A stretch of DNA of 63,281 bases, counting the filler, from Squatina squatina (Eukaryota): NCBI GenBank assembly GCA_031763465.1. It is 4 parts of 4 records of this genome, joined end to end, with 100 filler letters (N's around TTAATTAATTAA, not from the genome) between each part and the next. Parts side by side here need not be neighbours in the genome. Positions count along the whole stretch, not along the records: positions 43,047 to 63,281 come from JARFOE010000194.1; 3 more parts are not named here. The stretch is one strand, 5' to 3'. The position numbers were made by a program, and so were the translations under genes. Below, piece by piece: positions 50,701-63,079 of this stretch. The notes beneath the pieces are model-generated. The model was not told the origin of the DNA. It made no database searches and saw nothing but the letters and a program-made list of their open reading frames with translations. Position 1 is the first letter of the stretch; the number at the start of each line of letters is the position of its first letter.

Positions 50701-52232
50701 ACGGTGGTGGATACATAGGATTCACAGACGTGGTCATCAACAATGCACCACCCAATGGAAGGGAAATGAGCCAGGGATCCTCTTCCTGACTGCTATCCTG
50801 TGACATACTGTAACATGAGTGTGTTTGAACTTCAGGTGAGTATAGGATCAGGCTTAGGTGGGATGCTGGTCATAAAATCATAGAAATTTATGACATAAAA
50901 CGAGGCCAATCAGCCCATCGTGTCTGTGTTGGCCGAAAAAGAGCTATCCAGCCTAATCTCACTTGCCAGCTTTTGATCCGTAGCCTTGTAGGTTTCGGCA
51001 CTCAAGCATAAATCCAAGTACTTTATAAAAGCAATGAAGGTTTCTGCCTCTACCAACCTTTCAGGCTGTGTGTTCCAGACCCCTACCAGAGGGGGAGGAA
51101 CTGAAATCAATCAGTATTCGTAGGGAAAAGGTGTTAGGGAAATTGATGGGACTGAAGGCCGATANNNNNNNNNNNNNNNNNNNNNNNNNNNNNNNNNNNN
51201 NNNNNNNNNNNNNNNNNNNNNNNNNNNNNNNNNNNNNNNNNNNNNNNNNNNNNNNNNNNNNNNNTGTGGCAATCCAAAGCATGCTGTTTCGTTTGAGCGA
51301 ATTGAAAATGAGTAAACGGATGCTGCAAGAATAGCATTAAAGGATTTGTTGGTTTCTAAAGTCGTGGTGTGTTCTGCGCCCATGCTAATATATCGGAAAA
51401 AATCTAACCCCCCCAGTCTAAAAATGTCTGGTCCTGGCGGTTAATTAAATGCAATCTGCGTGTAACAACTCCTATCATTTTTTAACAGTGAAATTTGAGA
51501 ATGATTGTCATTTGGCAAATGTCATTTTAGAGCTGTTCGTATTCATCGAACTCTGAAATTTAGCATTGAACTGAACAGATTATAATTATGAATTTCTCAG
51601 CAAAATGAGTAACCACCTTGAGATTAGGTTAGACTGTAGAATTGTGGTCATTAATCACGATGATGCAACTGACAGTATAACCTGGTATGTCTTGCCAAAG
51701 AAGCTACTGTACCATAAGATTTATTCCATAGGTGGCATGCTGTTTGAGTATTAATGAACTAGGAAGCATGTGTAAATTGGATTTGATCGGCAATGTTTTG
51801 CATTGGCAATCAGTATTGTGATTTGACTATGCGTGCTAAGAACACAGGTGTATGCATGCACATTTAGATATAATTGCCATTATATCCTATATTCATTGTA
51901 AATTGTAAAAAGAATCTTCAAGTTGTAATGTAAAATATTTATGGAAATGAAACTGACAGACAAATGGGATTCAGATTGAGTTTTAACAGCCACATAAATG
52001 TCAGAATCTTTGAAAAAGTATGCGGAACACAAATCAAAATTGTAAATGAATTTTATAAGTATACAAGAGGTTTTAAAGTGCTGTGCTAGTTGGACAATGT
52101 TTCAATGTGAATCTTGTGATTTAAAAAAAAGGAAAATAGAGGCCTTTCATTTCTCAGCATTGAAGGTCAAAATAATTTCTGAAATTTGCAATGTCAGTCA
52201 AATTCATTGCAAATATTAACAGTGCAATTTGA

Positions 52233-52340
52233 ATAAAAGCAAAATCTTGCAGATGCTGGAAATCCTCAGCAGGTCAGGCAGCACCCGTGGAGAGTAAAAC
52301 AGAGTTAACGTTTCAGGCCAATGACTTTTCATCAGACCTT
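52233..52340. mobile_element. Penelope-type terminal repeat fragment
   Basis: 'ataaaagcaaaatcttgcagatgctggaaat...cagcaggtcaggcagca...agagttaacgtttcagg' is homologous to 61583-61720 and carries a hammerhead-like core on the minus strand. Confidence 0.65.
52303..52339 (-). ncRNA. Minimal type-I hammerhead ribozyme-like motif (degenerate)
   Basis: The minus strand reads aggt-CTGATGA-aaagtcattggcct-GAAA-cgtt-aact. The core boxes are intact, with mismatches in stems I and II. Confidence 0.5.
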
Positions 52341-53597
52341 TCATTGGCTCCTTGGAGTCATAGGCTACCTGCTTAAACATGACTCATGACACTGCTACAT
52401 AACCTCCATATGAGACCCAACAACAAAATCCATCTTGGAGATGGAAAGCTCTTTTTTAGCAGCCACTTGGGATTCTCAAACCATAGTTCTGACATTTGCA
52501 TCAGACTGATGATGCCCTACAATATGCCCCAAAGAGACCTGGCAGAGTGGAAGTGGTGAACTACATGCTGGATAACATAGCTATGGAAAGAGGTATACAC
52601 AACACACAATAACACAAGAGGAAGAGAAGTAGGATGAGAAGCTACCAGAACCAAAGTATCATTGGTTCTCCAGGCTTTGACTTGAATTCTTTCCTGACTT
52701 TATGCTTTATTGACGCTGTTTCCTTTTTTATCCAGCCATGTACTATGACTACTGCAGTTTGTTTTGCAAAACATAATTTTTAAAAGAAAACAATAATTGC
52801 AAAGTCCTGTGCTGGGCCTTCATTGAAATAGTTGAGAATGTGTTGTGTGCTGCCCCTGCTATCCCACTGTAATTCATTTATGCTGTGAATATTACTGCTG
52901 AAAGAATATCTCTCTATGAAATTGCTCCAGTATCATATACAAGTGAAAGTAGTAGCTGTTCCTGAGAAGTTTCTGAAGATGCACTTGTGATTGAGCTGTC
53001 TGCCCACTTTTACATGTTCCAAGCCCTAACAATTTAATTCTGGCCTATTNNNNNNNNNNNNNNNNNNNNNNNNNNNNNNNNNNNNNNNNNNNNNNNNNNN
53101 NNNNNNNNNNNNNNNNNNNNNNNNNNNNNNNNNNNNNNNNNNNNNNNNNCTTTTATGAGCACCAACACAATCATGTCAAACTTCCTGGCCAGTTCTCTCA
53201 CCAAAATGTAAATTGTAAAATATTGAGTTCAGATGTTTGTTGAAAAGTTTAGTTTCTATCTCTTGAACCTTTGGTTATATTACAGCTGTACAATTGTTTC
53301 CAGATATCCCTGCCTGATAAAACTTCACGGCAAATGCTTGTGGTAGATCTCCATATTCATGAGCTGATCTAGAAAAAGTAGTGAGGAAAAGTTAGGGCAA
53401 CATGGTCTTTAAGATATGCCGATTGCAATAATGTAATGTTGGAACTCAGCCATTTGAATGGTTCCATTTTTATGCAATTCAAAGGGCTTGTTTATTTTTC
53501 TCATGGGGGACTTATTTAACTTCAGTTGTACTATAACCTAGTGGGGAAAAGTGTCTGTTGATGAACTGATGACTTTTGTTTTTGTTTTATGAAACAG

Positions 53598-53690
53598 GGG
53601 GCCTGGATATCTGTGCCATTACAGTGGAAGAACGAGCTAAGCATGACCAGCAGTTTCTGAGTATCAAACCAGTTGGTGGACTGATTACTG
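53598..53690 (+). CDS. ITSN1: Intersectin-1 exon (start of EH1), 93 bp
   Basis: aacag|GG GGC CTG...ACT G|gtgaga = [44 protein letters not shown] is ITSN1-type rather than ITSN2-type. Confidence 0.93.
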
Positions 53691-54359
53691 GTGAGAACAA
53701 AATAAACCTGCTCTTGTACTACCAGTTGAATTCTTCAGTAAATGTTATCCCTTTTGACTCTTTCATATTCAGATCCAGGTTCAAGTACTACCACTTTCAT
53801 TTGTACAGCTCCTGTAACATGAGGAAATATCCTGCAAAGAGGAAATTGGGCACCAGGTAGGAGTTTAGGTAGGCGATTAAAGGCACGTTTGAAGAGCCAA
53901 GCTTGGAGGAGTCTATTGAAAGTGGTGAGATGAAATGAGGTGGAGAGCTTTGGAAAAGGTATTTGAGTGCTGGGGTGTGATGATTGAAAGCTGTATCAAT
54001 GACGGCAAAGGGAGGTAGGGGGGGGAACGGTTGACATTAGAAGGATAGAGTCAGAATAGCGAATGGTAGGTGTAGTTTTGCTGCCTCTCCAGGTGACCTG
54101 ACAACCTTCTTTCACCTCCTCCAAATGGTCATCCTTCATATTGGAGCCTGGATAGGGCGAGTTGGCAGGCTATTGGATTGTGGGGTCAACATAGCTGTGA
54201 CCAATCCTGTCCTCGTTGGTGCTCTAAAATCCAATGCTTTCTGTAGTGTCAGTATCTTTATATGTATAAGTCTGTTATCATTTATAATCACTGACGTACG
54301 CGCTGATGTTTCATTTCAACTGTTGCCAATTGAGATCTTTGTGATCCAGCTTACAGAAT

Positions 54360-55095
54360 TCCTGGTAGCTTTCACTATATCTAATGAGCATCAATTACAT
54401 TTTCTCAGTATTAAATTTTATCCACCATGTTGCTACATCTGGACAACTCTTCAAATATTATCTCATTGATTTCAGCATTGTATTTCCCACATAACTTACC
54501 ATAATCTACAATTGTAAACATTCTAGGTACAGTGCCATCATGCAAGTCATTTATATACAATAAGAATAGATGAGGCGTAGGAACAATTTCTGGTAATGCC
54601 TCTGACAGTCGCTCATGATTCAAATTGCCAGCATTAGTAATCAGCACTTGTTTCTTGCTCTCAACCCGATCTAACTGATTAATTAATTTTAGAGCAGCCT
54701 TCAATTCAGTCACAAGTCTTTTGTGAGGTATCTCCATAAATACCTAGAAATATGATACCCATATATTACCATCATCCTCTGACTCTGTTACTTCTTCAGA
54801 TAATTTTATGTCAGTTAAGCACAATCTGAATTTTAGAAATCTGTACTGATTTCCTCTGATTACTTGGTATTTCTCCAAATGCTTAATAATTCCCAGTGGT
54901 TTAAGCACAACTGAAGTAAGACTAACTGGTCTATAGTTTCATGGCTTATTCTTGTCCTCCTTTGTGAATAAGGGTATCACATTTGCCACCCTCCAGTCAT
55001 CCGACACAATTTTCCCTTTCCAAAGAACTTTGGAAAATTATAGTCAGAGCTTCTGAAATTTCTTTCCTAACGTCCCTCGGGATCCTTGGATGTAC
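54360..55095 (-). mobile_element. Old CR1-clade LINE RT fragment in an ITSN1 intron
   Basis: Minus ORF EIPHKRLVTELKA...PHLFLLYINDLHDG...FTIVDYGKLCG. Also 'gatgactggagggtggcaaatgtgatacccttattcac' (DDWRVANVIPLF). Confidence 0.75.
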
Positions 55096-55449
55096 ACCAT
55101 GCCTATCTTAATGCCTATCTTAAGCTTGAGTAACTTATTTAGGATGCCCAATTCGGGTTTTTAAAGTTTCTGGCGCTAAGGGCCGAATTGGGCAGCGCAA
55201 AGTTCAGGTCTTTGAAANNNNNNNNNNNNNNNNNNNNNNNNNNNNNNNNNNNNNNNNNNNNNNNNNNNNNNNNNNNNNNNNNNNNNNNNNNNNNNNNNNN
55301 NNNNNNNNNNNNNNNNNCGGGGTACTGAGTTGAAAGATCAGCCATGATCGTGTTGAATGGCGGTGCAGGCTCGAAGGGCTGAATGGCCTTCTCCACCTAT
55401 TTTTCTATGTTTCTAAATGATACTGAATGGAGACCTTTACATTATACAG

Positions 55450-55513
55450 GTCCACAGGCAAGAACCACCTTAATGCAATCCAGTTTACCACAGGCTCAGT
55501 TAGCATCTATATG
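55450..55513 (+). CDS. ITSN1: Intersectin-1 exon (EH2), 64 bp
   Basis: tacag|GT CCA CAG...ATA TG|gtaagt = [21 protein letters not shown]. Confidence 0.94.
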
Positions 55514-56035
55514 GTAAGTATTTTTCTAATCATTTCCAAACAAATTATTTCCCCACATCTAGCATAAGGGTTTGAACAATCTCTTTGTAAAGGCATGCAA
55601 TCGGGGATGATGTGTGAAGCTTCAGCTGCTTGTTTCTGGACTAAAATGTGGGACAGATTATTTTCTTTTTAAACTCTTTTGCTTCTCTCACCACATGATT
55701 TTTCCCCTCCATCTTGTACCACATACACACCTACTGTTGAGCTGAAAGCATACAGTTTGCCTCCTTGTAGACTTTTGCCACTGCCCTTAGTTGCCAGCAA
55801 GATGAGCAGTGTGATTACAATTCCAACCCCCTCCCTTGCGTAGAAGTACCCAGCTTCCACTCAATGCCTTCCTCTAGGCAAAACGACCAAGGTTTGGAAC
55901 TAGCTTCATGAGGTATCCAAGGCACAAATTGATGTGTTCTACCACTGTGGCCGAATGTTGGATCATTGGTGCAATTCGACCTTCATCAAACTATTTTATT
56001 AGTTAATCACCTGTGGCAAAAAAAATTGAATAGGA

Positions 56036-56310
56036 ATTGGGTGGTGCAGAGGTTAGATACTGACCTTTCACCCCTGGAACTTGCCTTCAAATCCACCCCA
56101 GAATGATAGGATGAAAGGCTCTTTTGGCAGCAAGGGTCCTACTTGAAATGTGTCTGGGTAGTCTCAATCGTATGCACAGGCTTTCAGCACAGAATTTACC
56201 TTAATTGAGCACCCTTGTTCGCAATGATTGGCATGGTACAGTTGGGGTTTTTCCTGAAGTTGGAGTTGAGACATGTTAGTGTCGAGTAAAGGGAGTTTTA
56301 CTCTGCATCT
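56036..56310 (+). mobile_element. Old tRNA SINE resembling LF-SINE
   Basis: 'cctttcacccctggaac...ttcaaatccaccc' and 'cctacttgaaatgtgt...gtagtctca' resemble my recollection of the LF-SINE head (gcctttcacctctagg...ttcgaatccagccc, cctatgtgaaatgagt). Confidence 0.4.
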
Positions 56311-56927
56311 TGTCGCTGTATTTGTGTAATGACTGTCTTTTGTATTTGTTGTGGCATATGATTCTCAGATCTGATTGGTCACTGCTAAACCGTATGCCAT
56401 GATTAGCACAGACAAATCAAAGTAAGTTAGAATGCTACATTTACACCAACCTAAAATTAATTCTGCAGAATGAATGACAGTATTTGTTTTACCACTTCGT
56501 AGCGCTAAGAGCATGGTGTTCGTGATCATTTTTGCATTAAAGACTAATGGTCTAGTGGAGTACCAGTTCTACAAAATGGCAGAATGTTGAATTGCAGCCT
56601 CAGTTTTCCTCATACACTGAGCTTCCCTTTTTAACTTTGCTACTGTAAGGAAGAAAAGTGTTGAAATCTGAGGAACGAACTTCTCTGGTCAATATTTATG
56701 CACATGTTAGCCCTGGCTTTAGAATGGTAAATGTCTTGGGGTAAATGGTATAAGGAGATCAAGGATGGGTGTGGGAGAGGGAAAAAAACTCTCAAAGAAA
56801 ACATCAACCAAGTGCATTGGGTCACCAAAAGCATAGTTAAAGTTATTACATTTTTAAAAAGTTTTCATATATTGTCAGCCCATTTCTTCCTCCACCTCCA
56901 ACAACTCTCATTCTTAATCCTCTACAG

Positions 56928-57065
56928 GAACCTTTCTGACATAGATCAAGATGGAAAACTTACAGCGGAGGAATTCATTCTGGCCATGCACTTAATTGAT
57001 ATGGCTATGTCAGGGCAGCCATTGCCTCCTGTGCTGACTCGAGAATTGATCCCACCAACGTTCAG
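56928..57065 (+). CDS. ITSN1: Intersectin-1 exon (EH2 EF-hand), 138 bp
   Basis: ctacag|G AAC CTT...TTC AG|gtgagt = [45 protein letters not shown]. Phase matches the previous exon. Confidence 0.95.
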
Positions 57066-58553
57066 GTGAGTAGCCTATAATTAAGCAGTGTCGATGGAAG
57101 CATAAAATTTCAAAGATATTAAGATTAAACGAATGGGCAAAACTGCGGCAAATGAATTTCACTGTAGGCAAATGCAAGATCATCCACTTTGGACCTGAAA
57201 AAAAAAAGGATAGAACAGAGTACTTTCTAAATGGTGAAAAGCTAGATGCAGAGGAGGGCCAAAGAGACTTGAGGGACATGGATCATTAAAATGTCATAGG
57301 CAGCGACGTTCTCATTTAAGCTGTGGTCTGGAGGTCCTGTGCAGGCCGCTCAGTGGCTTTTAAATGGAAAAAATGGTGCATGCACAGAAATTTGAATGGT
57401 CTGCACACCCAAAGCACATTAAAGGGAATTTTGGNNNNNNNNNNNNNNNNNNNNNNNNNNNNNNNNNNNNNNNNNNNNNNNNNNNNNNNNNNNNNNNNNN
57501 NNNNNNNNNNNNNNNNNNNNNNNNNNNNNNNNNNNNNNNNNNNNNNNNNNNNNNNNNNNNNNNNNNNNNNNNNNNNNNNNNNNNNNNNNNNNNNNNNNNN
57601 NNNNNNNNNNNNNNNNNNNNNNNNNNNNNNNNNNNNNNNNNNNNNNNNNNNNNNNNNNNNNNNNNNNNNNNNNNNNNNNNNNNNNNNNNNNNNNNNNNNN
57701 NNNNNNNNNNNNNNNNNNNNNNNNNNNNNNNNNNNNNNNNNNNNNNNNNNNNNNNNNNNNNNNNNNNNNNNNNNNNNNNNNNNNNNNNNNNNNNNNNNNN
57801 NNNNNNNNNNNNNNNNNNNNNNNNNNNNNNNNNNNNNNNNNNNNNNNNNNNNNNNNNNNNNNNNNNNNNNNNNNNNNNNNNNNNNNNNNNNNNNNNNNNN
57901 NNNNNNNNNNNNNNNNNNNNNNNNNNNNNNNNNNNNNNNNNNNNNNNNNNNNNNNNNNNNNNNNNNNNNNNNNNNNNNNNNNNNNNNNNNNNNNNNNNNN
58001 NNNNNNNNNNNNNNNNNNNNNNNNNNNNNNNNNNNNNNNNNNNNNNNNNNNNNNNNNNNNNNNNNNNNNNNNNNNNNNNNNNNNNNNNNNNNNNNNNNNN
58101 NNNNNNNNNNNNNNNNNNNNNNNNNNNNNNNNNNNNNNNNNNNNNNNNNNNNNNNNNNNNNNNNNNNNNNNNNNNNNNNNNNNNNNNNNNNNNNNNNNNN
58201 NNNNNNNNNNNNNNNNNNNNNNNNNNNNNNNNNNNNNNNNNNNNNNNNNNNNNNNNNNNNNNNNNNNNNNNNNNNNNNNNNNNNNNNNNNNNNNNNNNNN
58301 NNACCTTCGGAAGGATATTGGAGGGATCCCTGGACTCCAAGGGTTAAATTACGAGGAGAGATTAAACAAGCTAGGGTTGTATTCCCTGGAATTTAGAAGT
58401 TTAAGGGGTGATTTGCTCAAATGTATTAAAGTAATGAGATTTTTTATTTGGAGTGTCATTTTTGTGTTGAATGCATACAATGAATTGAATTTAACTCAAT
58501 ACTTTGAAATCACTTAGATGTTACAGTCCAACAGTTCTATTTGAATATTGCAG

Positions 58554-58657
58554 AAGAGCCAGGTCTGGTAGTGGAATGTCTACTGGAAGCTCATTGAGTA
58601 TTGATCAAAGGGTACCTGAAGAACCACAAGAAGAGGAATCTGAAAAGAAATTGCCTG
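58554..58657 (+). CDS. ITSN1: Intersectin-1 exon (EH2 to coiled-coil linker), 104 bp
   Basis: ttgcag|A AGA GCC...CCT G|gtaaat = RARSGSGMSTGSSLSIDQRVPEEPQEEESEKKLP. Phases are consistent with both neighbours. Confidence 0.92.
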
Positions 58658-60080
58658 GTAAATTGTTGTATTACTGCAGTGCAGTATTTTCAGTGTGAAC
58701 TGCATCTAGTTATAGTGGTAAACAATCACTCATGACTTCTCAAGCCTGTTGAGAGGAATTTTTTGCCACCTTGCTGGCAGCATGTTGGAGATTTCCATTT
58801 CCTCCATTTGGAGTGTCTGGGTTGTAACAACTGATTATTTTTCTCATTTGAGAGCTGGTTTGAGCTCTGCCATTTTGTGGTGGGGGAAAGTGGAACATGG
58901 ACTTGGATTGTTCCATCCTCCTAGGATCCTGGTGGTGGAAAGGAAGTGTTGCAATGGGGAAGTAATAGGAGATAGATTTGTTTAATGGATAATCCTGGAC
59001 TGTCTTTCATTTTATGCTAATTGTGAGGACTGTTGGTGAGCAAGGAGAAAACAGAAAGTGGGAGTTGAGGGCAGTTTTTTCCAGAGTTGGAAGTTGGGAG
59101 TGGTGTCCCACATGCTTTAGTTCTGGGGCCACTTTAGTTTACTGTATATTGATGATTTGGACATAGGCCTCGAGGGAGCAGTTTGGAAATTTGCTCATAT
59201 CAAAATGGGAGGTGTAGTTTANNNNNNNNNNNNNNNNNNNNNNNNNNNNNNNNNNNNNNNNNNNNNNNNNNNNNNNNNNNNNNNNNNNNNNNNNNNNNNN
59301 NNNNNNNNNNNNNNNNNNNNNNNNNNNNNNNNNNNNNNNNNNNNNNNNNNNNNNNNNNNNNNNNNNNNGTTATCACTCCTTGTCGAGGCTGAACTGTTCT
59401 TCCCCACTTATCATTTCAATTATGTTTCCTATTACCTGCTCAGTTTTCAATCCAGCCTGGTAATTTGCTCTTCTGTCTGACCCATAATCATCTTTAAAAG
59501 TGTCATATGTGCAACTTAAAGGCCTTCTGAAAATTGTGGTCTTGGCAGAAAATCTTCAGGTTCTTGGAGCAGGAAAACTATGACACAAACTTCAGATGAC
59601 TGAATATTCTGGTTGTAAACCTTGCTTTATTTTTAGTGTCATTTTCTTTCAGTTATTGGAATAGTTCCTTTGCCATCATTGACTGGATGATGACTTTATT
59701 CCCCTTGCTTCTTGTGAAGCATGTTCATCTTTTTGCTTGGCAGACCCCAGTTGTGAGGCAGTTCTTTTCAAGAGCTGGGAAAGTACTGTGGGTTGATAGT
59801 TCCTACCTCTGTCCCACTCAAAAGTGGTTATCGATCTTTGAGGCCATCCTCCAATACTAACGAGCGTGCTGGAAGTCTTTTTTTCCTAATTTTTTTTTTA
59901 ACTGGTGGAAAGTGCACTGCATAGCAATGAAAGTACAAGAATATTTTATTACATCTTCAGGAATTCATAGAATGGCTTGGAGTGACTTTTATTAAATGGG
60001 ATATGAGGAGCTTTGAAAATTTTGGGGCCAAGATCTGGAAATTGTGGGCCCATTGTGGTTTTAACTCAACCTATTTGCAG

Positions 60081-60343
60081 TAACATTTGAGGATAAGAAG
60101 CGTGAGAATTTTGAACGGGGAAACCTTGAACTTGAAAAGCGACGGCAAGTTCTCTTGGAGCAACAACGAAAGGAGCAGGAAAGGCTTGTCCAATTGGAAC
60201 GAGCAGAGCAGGAACGGAAAGAGCGGGAGCGACAAGAGCAAGAAAGGAAAAGACAGATGGAGCTGGAAAAGCAGCTGGAGAAACAACGAGAGTTTGAGCG
60301 ACAGAGGGAGGAGGAGAGAAGAAAGGAAATAGAAAGGCGAGAG
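60081..60343 (+). CDS. ITSN1: Intersectin-1 exon (KLERQ coiled coil), 263 bp
   Basis: tttgcag|TA ACA TTT GAG...CGA GAG|gtatac = [34 protein letters not shown]...RRKEIERRE. Confidence 0.96.
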
Positions 60344-61582
60344 GTATACTTGTTTGAACAGCAACAGTTTTGTAATTTTTAAAAAATTTCATAAGTTGCC
60401 TATTTTGTTAAGGATATAACTACAGCACAATAAACTTCACAATTCTGCCTTTAAATATGTAATTACGGCTTGTTGCTCATCTGGCTACATTAGTATCTTG
60501 TTTACATGTCTACAGCGCACTACAATTAAGTATTTGTGCTGGAGAACTGTTTTTCTTTGAAAATGCTTTGTTTTCTGAAATGCTATTGATTTAAAACGTT
60601 ACCCACCGAAACATTGCTTTGAAAAGGAAATGTTTTGCATATTGCAAGGAATTGCATGTTACAGTAATTGTTTCATTCCACAGAATGAAGTACAATTTGA
60701 GCTGAGGAGTCAGTAGTGGTAGATCACACAGCATGCGAAGAGTTTTGCAATGTGGGTATTGTGGTTTTAAGTACAGTCCATGTGTTTAGTGAGGTATTGC
60801 TGCAAAATGGTGTATAAAATTTGCCGCCTTGTGGCAGTACTTCATTTTATTTTAGACAGTTATACAGAACCCCATTGCCATGTTTGAGTGTCCAAATCTG
60901 GGTAGTCACACCGGTTGAATTTGTTTGCCAAATATTCAGTATCTGCAGTTTCATTACAGAGATGCACCCAATTTGCCTGTGTCCAGAGCCCTTGGGTGCA
61001 GGTGAGCAGGAGCCAAAGTTTGGGGACTCTCAAATGTACCAGGATTACTGCTTGTACTTAACTAGCTGAACCAATACAGCCAACCAGCACAGAGCAGTGA
61101 CCAGCTTCTTACTCATCTAGTCAGGACTACCCAATCCATTTGGGATTGACTTGTACAGTTAACCAGAGCCAAGTGGGAGAATACAAGCTATTATGTCTAC
61201 CCTTCCAGGTTCCATTAATAAGCCAGAGTAACTGGTCAATCATCACCAGTGCAGTGTGGGCCTGGCTCTGGTATATGATTGCAAATGGTTGACCAGTTTC
61301 CAGTTTTCGTTCACCAACCATGTCATCCTGGAGTAGCCTTCACCCTAAAACATTTCTTAACTTCTGTTCTTCAACGCCCACCTCAGGAGGATAGTCATTA
61401 GCCCTCTCGGCAGACAATGTGCATCTGGGCGGCAAGTTGAGCAGAACAACTTGCCGTAAAATGTTCAACAACTTAATTTCTCGCGAGGTTACCGAGAAGC
61501 GCATGCTTTGAGTAGTAAACTCTAAACAATCTCATACTAACTTTGCTCTTGGAGGCAACCATAACTAAATTACAAGAATAAG

Positions 61583-61777
61583 ATAAAAGCAAAATACTGC
61601 GGATGCTGGAATCTAGACTATAAACAAAAACTGCTGGGAAAACTCAGCAGGTCAGGCAGCATCTGTGGAGAGAGAAACCGAGTCAACGTTTCAGGTCGAT
61701 GACCCTTTGTCAGAACTGGAAAAAGCCAGAATTGTAACAAGTTTTTAAGCAAGTGCAGTGGCAGGGCAAGGGGGAAG
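61583..61777. mobile_element. Penelope-type terminal repeat in an ITSN1 intron
   Basis: 'ataaaagcaaaatactgcggatgctggaatct...ctcagcaggtcaggcagcatctgtggagagagaaaccgagtcaacgtttcaggtcgatgaccctttgtcagaactgg'. Truncated by a gap. Confidence 0.7.
61681..61717 (-). ncRNA. Minimal type-I hammerhead ribozyme-like motif (core G-to-A mutated)
   Basis: The minus strand reads agtt-CTGACAA-a-gggtc-atc-gacct-GAAA-cgtt-gact. Stems I and II pair, and stem III is the palindrome ACGT. The core is CTGACAA instead of CTGANGA. Confidence 0.5.
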
Positions 61778-62571
61778 NNNNNNNNNNNNNNNNNNNNNNN
61801 NNNNNNNNNNNNNNNNNNNNNNNNNNNNNNNNNNNNNNNNNNNNNNNNNNNNNNNNNNNNNNNNNNNNNNNNNNNNNACAAACAGCAGCGGACCCAGAAC
61901 CGATCCCTGCGGCACCCCACTGGTAACCGGGCTCCAGGCGGAATATTTTCCATCAAGATTTTTTTAATGGCTTTTCAATTTTTTTATATATAACTTCATC
62001 AGTCTGGAGAAATGGCACGTCGTAACCCATTGTTAAATAAATCTTTGTCTTTTTGGCCAAATCAGTACAGCATTTTGATTGCATTAGATAATGACCATGA
62101 TGAGATGCATCAGTCAGTGCTGCCTTTAGGGCTATCTTTGTGTAAAATTTTAAATCATAAGGATTGCATCAGCCTTTTTAGGGATAGATTTAAGGTGTGA
62201 TTTCAAAAATTTACCTCAGTCGCTAGATGGGACATGACATTGCCACTGGCACAGATAAGAAAAAATCCCATTTGGGACTGATTGTAAATAGGTAACTTCC
62301 CGTTCTGGTTACATAAGAGGTTGCATATTATATGTCCAACCAGAATGCCTTTTTTTTAAAAAAAACTTATTCTAAAATGTTTAATATTACTGATTTCAAG
62401 TCATGATGTTCGTGACACTACAAAACATGCTGTGAAGGGAAAATAAATGTGTAAGCTTTGCATCTCCAACTGATACCAATTGTGCTCAGTTTAGTGAGAA
62501 GATTGCAGGGTTTAAGATTTATTATTTGTCACATTTCATAATCTGCAATGTCCATATTGTTTTGACTATAG

Positions 62572-62721
62572 GCAGCAAAGCGTGAACTTGAAAGACAACG
62601 GCAACTAGAGTGGGAGCGGAATCGTCGACAGGAACTCTTGAACCAACGAAACAAGGAACAAGAAGATATTGTTGCCTTGAAAGCAAGAAAAAAGACTTTA
62701 GAGTTTGAGCTTGAAGCCCTT
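62572..62721 (+). CDS. ITSN1: Intersectin-1 exon, 150 bp
   Basis: tatag|GCA GCA AAG...GCC CTT|gtgagt = [50 protein letters not shown]. Confidence 0.96.
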
Positions 62722-62801
62722 GTGAGTTCATATGTGAACAAAGCTATCCGTTATTTTGGAGTGGAGACTGTTATATTGACAGATGTTTTTTCTTCTGTCA
62801 G

Positions 62802-62942
62802 AATGATAAAAAGAATCAGTTGGAAGGCAAGCTTCAAGACATCCGATTTCGTCTCTCCACTCAAAGGCATGAGATTGAGCATACAAATCAGACACGGGAG
62901 CTACGAATTTCAGAAATCACACATCTCCAGCAACAGTTGCAG
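62802..62942 (+). CDS. ITSN1: Intersectin-1 exon, 141 bp
   Basis: tgtcag|AAT GAT AAA...TTG CAG|gttggt = [47 protein letters not shown]. Confidence 0.95.
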
Positions 62943-63079
62943 GTTGGTTTTAAGTTGATATGCAAGTTTGAGTTATTGGTCCTCCAACTGAACTTCATGT
63001 TGATGCCCAACCGTAATTCGGTAGGACAAAAGTAAGATGCATTTAAGCGTACTAACTTTTTTTTTCTTCCAATCTGTAG

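Noticed and set aside
53691-55449. Apparent loss of ITSN1 exons between EH1 and EH2, giving a fused single EH domain
   Set aside because: A 100-N gap at 55218-55317 lies between them, so the missing exons are best explained by unassembled sequence.
57323-58396. Long ORFs in the track, including 49003-49604 and other X-filled ORFs
   Set aside because: They are open only because they run through N gaps.
60066-60392. Leu/Phe-rich minus-strand ORFs
   Set aside because: They are the antisense of the purine-rich ITSN1 coiled-coil exon.
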